This document shows, one piece after another, positions 12,005 to 23,400 of a DNA stretch of 64,000 bases (its first letter is position 1; every line of letters begins with the position of its first letter). The position numbers and the translations under genes were made by a program. The DNA comes from Tubulanus polymorphus (taxonomy: Eukaryota; Animalia; Nemertea). The notes below the pieces were generated by a model, which saw only the letters and a program-made list of their open reading frames with translations, was not told the origin of the DNA and ran no database searches. The stretch spans positions 25,444,560 to 25,508,559 of the forward strand of contig NC_134027.1 of NCBI RefSeq assembly GCF_964204645.1. The letters run 5' to 3'.

Positions 12005-14868
12005 ATGAACATCGCCGTTGTCGAAGAAATATTCAATTCAGCCAATCTGGCCGGGTTGGACCTCGTCGCTCAGCAGTTAGCCGAGGATAGGGGTTATTTA
12101 GAGCAGTCACACGGCTCATCTCAATCATTATCAGGTATAGTTGTAATTTTTGACGTCGAAATACTAGATTTTCTCGACTGAATATAGGGTTGGAAAATGA
12201 ACAAGTCGTGTCGTCGGTCGCCTAAAAGCTTTCGGGATACCCACTAGGCTCGCATTGTTAAATTTTGATTCCCTCCGTGTATTTTTCCAATTTAATCTTT
12301 TATTTCGTTTACCTTGATTGGATGACGAAGGAAAAACGTCATAACTTACGGAGCCCCGCGTATAGGTGACATGGTGAAAAATAAACAGTACCGGTAATAT
12401 TAGTTTCTCACCGTGTCACCTGCGGGGCCCCGTAATGGTTAGAAAGTGATAGTTTTGTAAGTTCATTATCATTTGTGAACACCTTTTCAACTATAAACAT
12501 AAGTTTAAAACCCGCTATATAAACATTTTAAGAGATTAAAAACGAATTATATGTATCGAGAATTGAAAATAAAACGACGTTTTGAATTCTCACAAAATAG
12601 CAGTCTGTATGTATTGCGGGTTTTAAACTTATGATCTGTTCAGTCCACGCCAGAGTGTACGGGCAATATAAAACAACGTAGTTATATGATCTTTCGACAG
12701 GAATGGACCGCACTCATCAAAGATACCTGTTGGGATGTTTATACTACGCCGTTTTGAAGAATGACGTCTTGTTATCTCGTCAACTAATGGTCCACGGAGT
12801 CGACATCACTCAGACTTTGTATCAGGGCTGCCGAGACGTGCTGTTCTACGCCGTCGAGAAGAACAACCCGGCGTTAGTTTCCATGTTCGTCAAAGTGGGC
12901 GGCGATTCGTTAGGTTTAAAGGGAACGAAAGGAATAAGTCTTTTAGCCACGGGTATGAGAGCGTGCAATCTACAGATTCTGAAAATACTCATCGAAAGCG
13001 GTTGTCGCAGCCCGATCGGAGTGATATTCGAACCGAAATCGAATGTGCTGGACGACGACGAACGCCAGATTCTCGAACTATTCGCGAAACACGGTATCAA
13101 ACTGAAGTTTTATCATACTCTAAAACGCGCGCAGGCCAGAGGCAATTTCGAAACGGTTTCGATCTTATTAGATCAAGAATCTCAATACGAAACCAAGTCG
13201 AAACAGTTGATCGATAACGATCTCACCAGGGAGATGACGAGTTCGGGAAACTTCGATATTTTTCGAGCGTTGTACGAAAGCGAATTGATCCGACCTCTTT
13301 TGAATACTAACGTCGTTTTCGCGGCCGCTTACAACTCCGGCCATTCTCACATAGCCAAATACATCTACGATCAGGGAGAGAGGTGGGACATCGTGTCGGA
13401 ATATCACCAAGCGTGTTTCATGGGGCACATCGATACCGTACAAGAACTTATGAACGACGACGTCGAGCTAAACGCGCTTCTCGATGTCGACCAACTCTTG
13501 CACTTCGCGGCCAAAGGCGGACACGCCGACGTTTGTCAACTTCTTCATCGAAACTCTTTCGATATCAATCACATCGTTGCTAAGATGTCGTGCGAGTACA
13601 CGTACCAGTGCACGCCGCTGCACATAGCCACGAAATACGGTCACAAACATGTGGTGGGGAAACTTCTCGAGTTGAACGCCGATGTGAACCTGATGACAAC
13701 CGAGGGTCGCGGCTACACGCCTTTACATTACGCGTGCCGAAACGGATATCCGGAAATAGTGAAGATGTTACTAGAAGCTGGTAGTACAGTAGAAGCCGAA
13801 TCGCTCGTTACTCCGCTCATTAAAGCCTGTCAATCACCCGTCGACTGTCCTCAAATTATAGAACAGTTGATCGAATACGGGACGGACGTGAATGAATCGG
13901 ACGGCTCGACGTCACCGCTGATGGTTTGTTGCGCGCACGGGAAACCGAAATCGCTGCGAGTTCTACTAGACCACGGGGCCAGCGTCACTAAAGACGCGCT
14001 TCGTCCGCACAGTATGTCATCGGAAGAGTTACGCTGGCCTCTCGCCTGTCTGGCCAGTAGATGGACGAAAAAAGATCCGGAAACTCAGATACAGATGGCG
14101 GAGATGATATTCGCGACTGTGACATCAGTAGACGTGAAAAATCAATTCGTAGCAGCTTTAAACCATACGATCGTAGATTCTAATTTACCCCTATTCGAAT
14201 ACCTGATGGACAAAGCGCCGGTTCATGCCATCGCTGAGGATTGGATCCGCAAGGACTGCCCCCTATTGTCGCACGGAAACACCGATCCCATACATAAAAC
14301 CGTTAGCGAGACGCACACGTTGCTGGTGATGTGGGAACGGTTGATCGATGTGGCCAATAGGTGTCGCTTTACGTCCCCGGGCCTTTTAGCATTCGTATAC
14401 CACAGGGCGATGTCTCGTATGAACTACTGGTACACGATCAACCCGTTTATGATAACGTACATGCTTCAAGCCATGCACGGTCGCGTTCAATTTCTCGAGA
14501 AAGAATTCATTATCAATTTACTCGGAGTTGCAGATTTAGACAATTTGAAGCTCATTCTAAAGTGTGGTTATATGGCACAGGACGATATGGGTCGATTTCA
14601 TACAATATTTTCTACGATTTCTAATTATATCTCGCTGAATTTTTGCGTTCAAATCGAATCGTCCGTATTCCCGCCTTCAATGCCGTATCTAGCCGCTGTC
14701 AAGAAGTATATTTTGAACCCGCTCACTTTGCAAGAACTGAGTCGAGCATTCTTGCGGCGGTTCCTCGGAAACAATGCTTTATCAATCAGTGATTCAGCGC
14801 ATCATCTCATGTTACCAAAATACACGCGTCAGTTCCTGACATTTGAAGGCGCCTGTCGGATTGAATAG
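12005..14868 (+). CDS. Ankyrin repeat and SOCS-box protein (ASB-like Elongin BC-Cullin5 substrate adaptor)
   Basis: Exon 12005-12134 splices in frame to 12701-14868. Ankyrin repeats include TPLHIATKYGH, TPLHYACRNGY and SPLMVCCAHGK. C-terminal SOCS box: PLTLQELSRAFLRRFLG...LMLPKYTRQFL. Confidence 0.85.
12346..12435. mobile_element. Short hairpin MITE
   Basis: TTACGGAGCCCCGC..AGGTGACATGGTGA / TCACCGTGTCACCTGCGGGGCCCCGTAA inverted termini in the ASB intron. Confidence 0.6.
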
Positions 14869-15132
14869 GTTCGTAAACCGTCGTCGATTTCTAGAAATTC
14901 TGGCTTTCGCAAATCACCCGATACAATTCCTCAACCTGGATGGTTTACAAAAATTTTCGTCCGGTAACCGATAGCAACTAAATGAAAAATGTTCTCCAAA
15001 AACAACCCCTTAAATTTGTGAATGCCTCGTTAGGATCGGAAACTGGGGCCAAAATTCAGATTTTCAGAAAAGAAAGAAACCAGTTCTACATGACACGGTG
15101 AAGTTAAATATAATTTCGAATATGAAATGATT

Positions 15133-16257
15133 TTAATATTTCAGACGAGTCAAACATTTGATGACAATTTGTTTAGCGGCGAGTCTGAATTTATCATTAG
15201 TAAAACAATAAACTACAAAGTTTAAACACGAATCGACGACCGTCAGAGCAATGGCTATTTTTCGGTATATAAGTGATGATTCACGAAAACTCAAACCTGG
15301 AAAATGAAAACGGATGAGCGGAAATAGGGAGTAGGTAATTCTTTCCAATGTAATCAACGATTCACAAGTAACGTAAACAGCGATTACAGCAAACGTCATT
15401 CGTAAAACTCTCATTTCTACATTTCTACTGCTGCTGGTGGTAGCGCCGCTCTTATTCAATTCCTTACCTATTGAAATCCTATTAACTGTCAAACTGATAA
15501 TCAAAATAAGATTTATAACAATCAGTAAAAACATCGGAACAACCATACTCGATATTGTACCATCCCAATCAGTCGAATGATATTCCCATTTATGTAACAG
15601 CTCTTTTATGGTTGTGGAGAAGCGATAAGGCAAGCCTGGACCCCGTGCTAGCGTTACCCCAGGATCCCCATCGACACAAGCTATCAATCGAAGCTTACGC
15701 TTGGGCAAAAACAACGGGAAAAAGCAAAGAAAACCATAAATCGTGATAAGAAATATGAGAAAATTCATTACTTTCCGAGTCCAGAACAATCGCGATTTTA
15801 GCGGGAAAAGTGTTATGATAAGTCTTTCTAAACCAATAAGGATAACGCACCAGTTTCGAATTTGCTGAAACATGTAAAACGGTCCTAAACTCACTTGTAT
15901 AAATTCCCAACCGTAATTCCAGTCATCTCTATAGAATACGACATTACCTAAATGTATATAGATGTGAATAACTCGTAGAGGGTACATGATGAAAACACTT
16001 ATCGAGTAAGATAAATCGTAGATAACTAAAACTTCGATCAAATAATAAACTTCATTTTTCATCCTCTTCAATACGATAATTGTGAAAATGTTTAAAGCGA
16101 TGCCGAGTATCGTGACGGGTCCGTAGCAGAAAATATACATGTAAACACTAAATTTCAGTTCCCAGCGGTATGGTTTAGTATTCAATACTCGTTCACACCA
16201 TCCAGACCAGGTTTTTACAGTCGGTTCTAAAGTCGTTGAAATGTTTTTTGCATCCAT
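15133..16257 (-). CDS. Intronless class A (rhodopsin-like) GPCR, FMRFamide/myosuppressin-receptor-like or chemoreceptor-like, copy 1
   Basis: 374 aa with seven hydrophobic segments. Motifs: TM1 GIALN, TM3 end LERL, FPLK in ICL2, TM7 DSCLNFVVY and helix 8 NDKFR. Confidence 0.9.
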   Translation of the reverse strand: MDAKNISTTLEPTVKTWSGWCERVLNTKPYRWELKFSVYMYIFCYGPVTILGIALNIFTIIVLKRMKNEVYYLIEVLVIYDLSYSISVFIMYPLRVIHIYIHLGNVVFYRDDWNYGWEFIQVSLGPFYMFQQIRNWCVILIGLERLIITLFPLKSRLFWTRKVMNFLIFLITIYGFLCFFPLFLPKRKLRLIACVDGDPGVTLARGPGLPYRFSTTIKELLHKWEYHSTDWDGTISSMVVPMFLLIVINLILIISLTVNRISIGKELNKSGATTSSSRNVEMRVLRMTFAVIAVYVTCESLITLERITYSLFPLIRFHFPGLSFRESSLIYRKIAIALTVVDSCLNFVVYCFTNDKFRLAAKQIVIKCLTRLKY

Positions 16258-17131
16258 ATTTTATTGTCTGATGATCGAAACCTTCCTCGAGTCTAGTGAC
16301 GTTTGTTTCAGACGCGCGTGTGTTCAGTAACCTGCTCAGACAGCAGCATCAGACTGTGTCCTCTCAGCTCTGATGATCCCTCACCGTGTGTGATGACGTC
16401 TTCAATGTTCTACGTCCCCGATTTGAAAAAGATATATTTCACATATGTCTAAATTATAGCCTCACAGTTAATGCACACGATTCTAGTTGAGCAGATCCAG
16501 AGTAGTAATCACAGTAGAAATCTGAAATGTTTGATGAATTTTCACGATACAATATCTGATAGTAATCTAACCGCGCGGCTCAAACAACAGAAAGAAAACT
16601 ATTTTATCAATACATCGATTATAAAACGTATTCGTGATCAGTTCTCAAATCAGCCCATACAACCTTCAATATTAGACCCTTCTTTTAAATACATATGTAT
16701 TGTGTCTTTTTTCACAAAATCTCAATTTCTTTTGCTCTCCGGCAAATGAATATGTGTCAGAAACTATGAAATTAGTATATACTGCCGTAATTTCAGTTTC
16801 TGACTATATACTGCGCCAACATCGGTGAAGAATGATTTTGGCGATATAAAGAGAATGGTGGTATTACGGGGGTGTTTTACTATGTATTTGTATAAAGACG
16901 TACATTGAGATAACCAGGCGGTAGGCTGGGTGGCGGTAAATGGGAGGGCGGTATATCGGGGATTCAGTGTACATGTAAAGCCTAACTCTCATCTCGTTAC
17001 ATTCAGCGTCATAAAATGCGATTTCTTTGAGCGAAAACGGACGAATAACTTGGATCTTGTTACTTGTTGACCAGACTTCGAACAGATTTTTAGCGGTGGT
17101 TGAACTGCGATGAAGTTTCGGACGTTTTTGT

Positions 17132-18277
17132 TTAGACGAATTTAGAGTTTAGACGTTTCAGACGAATCAAAGATTTGATGACAATTTGTTTAGCGATGAG
17201 TCTGAATTTATCATTAGTAAAACAATAAACTACGAAGTTTAAACACGAATCGACGACCGTCAAAGCAATGGCTATTTTTCGGTATGCAAATGATGATTGG
17301 TGAAAGTCCAAACCTGGAAAATGAAACCTGATGAATGGAAAACTGTAGTGAATTTTTTCGATTGTAATTAACGATTCACAAGTAACGTAAACAGCGATTA
17401 CAGCAAACGTCATTCGTAAAACTCTCATTTCTACATTTCTACTGCTGCTGGTGGTGGCGGCGCTCTTATTCAATTCCTTACCGCTTGATATTCTAGAAAT
17501 TATCAAACTGATAATCAAAATCAGGTTTATAACAATCAGTGAAAACATAGGTACAACTATACTGGATAGTGTACCTTTCCAAACAGTCGAATGCAGCTCC
17601 TCCCAGCCATAGAATAGTCTTTTTACGGTTAATATGGAGTAGCGATAAGAAAGGCGTGGACCTTCTGCTAGTGTTACCCCAGGATCTCCATCGATACAAG
17701 CGACTGGCCGGAGCTTATGTTTGGGCAAAAACAATGGGAAAAAGCAAAGAAAACCATAAATTGTGATAAGAAATATGAAAAAATTTACCACTTTCCGAGA
17801 CCAGAACATTCGTGATTTTAACGGGAAAAGTATAATGACAAGTCTTTCTAAACTTACTAGAATGACGCCCCAGTTTCGAATTTGTTGAAACATGTAATAT
17901 GGTCCTACAGCCACTTGTATAAATTCCTTACCTACATTCCAGTCATCGACATGGAATAGAACTTTACCTAAATGTATATAGAGGTGAATAACTCGTAGAG
18001 GGTACATGATGAATACACTTATCGAGTAAGATAAATCATAAATAGCTAAAACTTTGATCAAATAATAAACTTCCTTTTTCATCCTCTTCAATACGATAAT
18101 TGTGAAAACGTTTAAAGCGATGCCGAGTATCGTGACGGGTCCGTAACAGAATATATACATGTAAACACTAAATTTCAGTTCCCAGCGGTATGGTTTAGTA
18201 TTCAATACTCGTTCACACCATCCAGACCAGGTTTTTACAGTCGGTTCTAAAGTCGTTGAAATATTGTTTGCATCCAT
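17132..18277 (-). CDS. Intronless class A GPCR, tandem paralog copy 2
   Basis: 381 aa, with N-terminus and TM6-7 nearly identical to copy 1. About 500 bp of upstream DNA is also duplicated (16257-16720 vs 18277-18805). Confidence 0.9.
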   Translation of the reverse strand: MDANNISTTLEPTVKTWSGWCERVLNTKPYRWELKFSVYMYIFCYGPVTILGIALNVFTIIVLKRMKKEVYYLIKVLAIYDLSYSISVFIMYPLRVIHLYIHLGKVLFHVDDWNVGKEFIQVAVGPYYMFQQIRNWGVILVSLERLVIILFPLKSRMFWSRKVVNFFIFLITIYGFLCFFPLFLPKHKLRPVACIDGDPGVTLAEGPRLSYRYSILTVKRLFYGWEELHSTVWKGTLSSIVVPMFSLIVINLILIISLIISRISSGKELNKSAATTSSSRNVEMRVLRMTFAVIAVYVTCESLITIEKIHYSFPFIRFHFPGLDFHQSSFAYRKIAIALTVVDSCLNFVVYCFTNDKFRLIAKQIVIKSLIRLKRLNSKFV

Positions 18278-19599
18278 ATATTTTATCGTCTGATGATCGA
18301 AACGTTTCTCGAGTCAGAAACGTTCGTTTCAGACGAGAGCGTGTTCAGTCTCAGCTGCGTCAGACAGAATAGATCCCTCTCAGCTCTGATGATCCCTCAC
18401 CGTATGTGATGACGTCTTTAATGTTCTATGTCTCCGATTTAAAAAGAATATATTTCGCATATGTTTGAATTATAGCCTTACAGTTGACACGCGATTTTAG
18501 AATAGCAGATCCAGAGTCTCTACGTTGTAATCACAGTTTGACACACCCGATTCTAGTTTAGCGGATCCGGAGTCCTATATCTGCATAGTTATATATGTGG
18601 AATGCTCGATGAATTTTCACGATTCAATATCTGATAGCAATCTAACCGCTCGTCTCAAACAGCAGTTAGAAAACTACATGTATTTTCTTACGGAACTAGT
18701 CTATCGATTAAAAACTTATTTGTGATTTAGTTTTTAAAATCAGCCGAAACTATTCAATTTAAGACCTTAAACCCATCTCATACATATTGTGTCCATTTTC
18801 ACAATTTCAACGAGTACACATCCTATCAGCTGTAGACGCGCTCGTCGCTGCAACTGGCAAAAAACCAGTCACAGTTGTAGTTGCAGTTATAAGGGCGAGA
18901 ACCTGTGCCCTTTATTGAATCAAGAACTATAATTTTTGATTGAAATCATTGTTTCTGTCAGAACCTTTACAACTTTGGAAAGTAAGGATTTCCGCTTTAC
19001 CAGCGATCAAAGCTTCGCGATTTGTTGAAATGTTGATTTTGTGTTGGTGTTTTTTTTGTTATTTCAATAAAAAAAAATCATTGTGAGATTTAAAAATTGC
19101 TTTTTTTCGTTAGGATTTGGGAAAAGATTCAGTAAAATCGATCGAACATCGCGCGTTATTTTTTTTAAGGAAAAATGTATTGATCGTTCAATTGTTTGAA
19201 TATGAGTTTTTCTTCAACATGTCGGCGATTTTGACATAAAAGACGAACCGCAGATTTGATGACAAGTGTAGTGGAGGAACTTTTTCCTGTGTAATCAAAT
19301 AACGATTTACAAATAATGTAAACAGCGATTCAGTGAAAAAACTTCATTCGTAAAACTCTCATTTTTGCATTTCTACTGCTGGTGGTGGTGCTATTATTCA
19401 ATTCCTTACCTCTTGATATTCCTTACCTCTAAAAATTATCAAACTGATAATCAAAATGAAATTCATCAAAACACCAGTGAAAACCTGGGTACAACTACAA
19501 TATTGTCGAAATGACGCTCGCCAGGGATATAATTGTGTATGATATAAATTTGTATTCCAGTGCACACCCGACCGACGATGCGTTTTTACAGTCTGAGAT

Positions 19600-19849
19600 T
19601 AGTTGTCGAATAAACACTATAATCCGTGTAAACTGTAGATAAATGAAGTAATCCCACACTTCGAATTTGAAATTATACTATCAAATTTATTATTACGAAA
19701 CCACAACGTTTCGGCTGTTGACTAACAGCCATCTGATTCCACCTGATGATGGCTGTTAGTCAACAGCCGAAACGTTGTGGTTTCGTAATAATAAATTTGA
19801 TAGTATAATTTCAAATTCGAAGTGTGGGATTACTTCATTTATCTACAGT
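19600..19849. mobile_element. Penelope-like pLTR fragment forming a perfect palindrome, flanked by a 13-bp direct repeat
   Basis: Arms 19632-19733 and 19748-19849 are reverse complements around a 14-nt loop. TACAGTCTGAGAT occurs at 19587-19599 and 19844-19856. The insert contains a hammerhead core followed by AATAAA. Confidence 0.75.
19739..19780 (+). ncRNA. Minimal type-I hammerhead ribozyme motif
   Basis: CCAC-CTGATGA-T-GGCTGTT(AGTC)AACAGCC-GAAACGTT-GTGG gives stem I CCAC/GTGG, an intact core, a 7-bp stem II and a palindromic ACGU stem III. Confidence 0.8.
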
Positions 19850-20466
19850 CTGAGATGTTTTATCGACTGATGAAAGAAACAGTCAGTGACAATTGAATCT
19901 CGAATTGTCGTTTCTTTATATATCTATTTACCAAGACGTAGAATCAACAACCAATCGAGTAGAATCGACAATACATACCATAGAACTCATATAGCTGACG
20001 CGGGCACGCTTCATCTGTATATGTTTCGCCATTGAATTTCTGTTCAATTTTTATTGCTTAGAACGTTAAACTAAGTATCTAATGGGTAGTGCCGCGTGGT
20101 TTAGAATAACCAATTCTCAATCAAGTGGCTCTAAACGCATGGTTAGCGAGCTACGTCTCAAACACGTACCTGCGGTTTGCAGCCCATACCATATAAAGCC
20201 TAACTTAAATTCCGAAACGTTTAATATAATAATCTATCTAGTTATAGTTAGAAAAAAGAGATAAAGCTTTATTGTGACTAGATCTATTTACGCGAATATA
20301 TTTATGCGTTGAGAAATATATCGATCGCTTGATATATTGTGGGATTCGAACCCCGGGAACCGTGACGTCAGTGACTTTATGTAGTAGTGTTGACAGGTGG
20401 CTGGAAGAAACTTGTCTCGTCGAATTAATCAGATTATAAATGTTTTGAACGCTGCTCGGATTAATA

Positions 20467-23400
20467 ATGACGACTGATAGTGTCGAGATGAATCTCGGCT
20501 CGTCAAATGGCGGTAGTGGTCGAGCTGTGATCAACAGTGATAATAACTGTAGAATAGAAATTAAAAGCAAGGTAGGTGCGAGGTTTCCAATCAAATCATC
20601 AATCAAAATTTATTCATTGGAAATTCAGTAGTAGGTAGGCCTACTCATCATTGACAAATAAATGAAATCGTGGTTGGCTTTATAACCTTAATTAGCTATT
20701 TAGAATACAAACCCGTGGCCTACCATCAATGTTTTACAGGCTATGACCATGGCATGGGTAGGTAGGGCCAGGCCATGCAATGATTGTTTGGGCCCACCCA
20801 GCAGAGAGAGGGTGAGCGGGGCAAAGCGTTTAGACATTGTGTAAGAATATTAGTCTAAGTTCATATTAGTCTAAGTTTTAAGATTGGCTAGACTGGTCTT
20901 AACTCAAGCCCTTTAAGTAATGACAATAATACCGGCCGCTTGGGTTAGAATTTACTGGGGCAGCTTCTCTATGCGTTGATTCTAATCCGTTTGAAATTAT
21001 ATTACTGAAAATGATTGTTTCATCTGTTTGTAGTTCGACGCGGAATTTCGCCGGTTCAGTTCGCATCGACAGCAGTTGAAATCGTTTCAGGAATTCAGCG
21101 ATATTTTAGAGAATTTACACGGATTACGAGAGATACCGTTTATAGTGTGTTACACGGACATTCACGGAGATCTGTTGCCCGTCAATAACGACGATAACTT
21201 CGCGAAGGCGTTGTCGACGGCGACGCCGTTACTGCGTATATTCATACAACGAAAAGGTAAGAGAACTACGTACGGGCCCGGTCGCCAGCAGGGGGCACAA
21301 TTCAACTGATTGGATGGCATTGTGAGAATCACTTCCCTACATGACACATCCTCCCTCGCAGGGATTTCAACCTGACAGTGAGTGACTGCCTCAGAATCCT
21401 GTTCATCCTCATCAGGGATTATTTGAACGTGATGGTTTCATCAGACTCTGCAACATTCCTCCCTCAGCAGGGGTTTGAACCTGATGACATTGTGAGACTC
21501 TCACAGTACGCAAACCACTTAGGGCAATCTCCCTATCAGGCTCAGCCCCTAGGGGTTGGGGTTGTCATTCCTATATATGTCTATTTATCTATGCAGTTAT
21601 AGTCAAAGAAATTATGTTTATAATCTTGTACATATCGTAAGTAAATAAATCATTCAAATTCAAATTCACTGCCTGCCCTAGCAGACACATCCTCCCTCAG
21701 CCGGGATTCGAAACCTGATGACATCTAGTGATTTTGTCCCTGGACTCCTACCCTATTGGACACTTCCATCAGCAGGGATTTGAACCTGATGTCATTGTAG
21801 AGACTGTCGCATAATACAAATCCCTGTCCTAGCAGACACATCCTACCTCAGCAGAGATTCAAACCCCTTAATGACATCTTGAGACTGTAACAGTACAAAC
21901 CCATGCCCTATTAGACATTTCTTCCCTCGGCAGGGGTTTGAATCTGATGACATCTTGAGACTCAGCCACAGTTTACAAACCCCTGCCCTAATAGACACAT
22001 CCTCCCTCAGCAGAGATTCAAACATCTTGAGACTCTGTCACAGTACAAACCCGTGCCCTATTAGACATTTCTTCCCTCGGCAGGGGTTTGAATCTGATGA
22101 CATCTTGAGACTCGGCCACAGTTTACAAACCCCTGCCCTAGTAGACACATCCTCCCTCAGCAGAGATTCAAACCCCTGCCCTAATAGACACATCCTCCCT
22201 CAGCAGAGATTCAAACATCTTGAGACTCTGTCACAGTACAAACCCGTGCCCTATTAGACATTTCTTCCCTCGGCAGGGGTTTGAATCTGATGACATCTTG
22301 AGACTCGGCCACAGTTTTCAAACTCCCTGCCCTAGTAGACACATCCTCCCTCGGCAGAGATTCAAACCTGATGGCATTGCACCTGGGACTCTACCATGTT
22401 CTACCCTCACAGGAGTTCGGGACTGCGCTATAGTCTCACACGGATTTAAACCCGATGAAAACCCCTAGAATTGATCAACGTTTGAGAAACTATCGTGAAA
22501 GCGTTTAGAGTTGGTGTTGTTATTTCTTTCTCTCGGTCACTGATAATAATGTGTTCAAATGATTGGTAATCATTTAGCAATCAGTTCAATTATGTCCTAC
22601 ATTGTATTCACCGTGACACAAGTCAATTACCTATCATTACTCTAATACTGTAGTAGCATGTGATCAACTTATCAACAATAGAACAAACTGTTGTTTTTAG
22701 TTCTGCTGATTTCGCGAAAAAATATTCTATTCGTCTTCGGTAAATGATTCAGTCAATGAATATCAATTAACACGATTCTGCTTCACACGGTTGTGAGTCA
22801 TTATTTGAATTATTCATTTCTGTTATAAAATGATTACTTAATATTCAGCGTTGAAATAAAGATATGTAAGAAATCGATGTGATATATACCCCAGCGTTTA
22901 ACGTTACGATATACTTCGAGCTTCAATGAATTTGCGTTGTGGATTGGGACGAGGGCCGCGGTCTTTAATGACGATAAGCGAATTGTCACTTTTGCCTTAC
23001 GCAAGTGCTTGAAAAGTACATCTGTTGGTCTCGGCATTACTACTATCTTTGAGTAATCACCGAATGATTATTCCAAGCTACTATGAACCCTATGTATAGT
23101 GAATCTCGCACTAATATAGGCCTAACCCTGTCTATGGTAAATTGAAAATGAACCGATTCGTAGCAAAACTCAAAATAGCTGAGGAATCAGCTGGAAAATT
23201 GGTAGCTGCCTATATAGTTTGGTCAGAGTTTTAAGATTTCTTGCTTGTCCATAGTAGTAAACAACTAGTTGAACTTTAACTTAAGGGTATTGTGTTATTT
23301 GAAGTCCACGTGCGTTAATATTGAGTACTTCATATGACGTATAGCCTACTTATAAAACTCTATCAAATCAGACAAAATCTACGAATTAAATGAATAACAG

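Larger units (their letters stand above)
19238..19880 (-). pseudogene. Decayed third GPCR copy, internally deleted and interrupted by an insertion
   Basis: 19238-19500 aligns by eye with the TM5-C-terminal DNA of copy 2 (e.g. CATTCGTAAAACTCTCATTT, TTCAATTCCTTACC, ATCAAACTGATAATCAAAAT) with indels. GTTTTTACAGTC and TTTTATCGACTGATGA match the start region. Confidence 0.7.

Noticed and set aside
18289-18305. CTGATGATCGAAAC upstream of the GPCRs (also ~16268) as a hammerhead core
   Set aside because: Only 2 nt separate CUGAUGA and GAAA, so stem II is impossible.
21340-22400. CTGATGA followed by a hairpin in the satellite units, as a hammerhead array
   Set aside because: The hairpin is followed by CAAAC rather than GAAAC, and no stem I can form.
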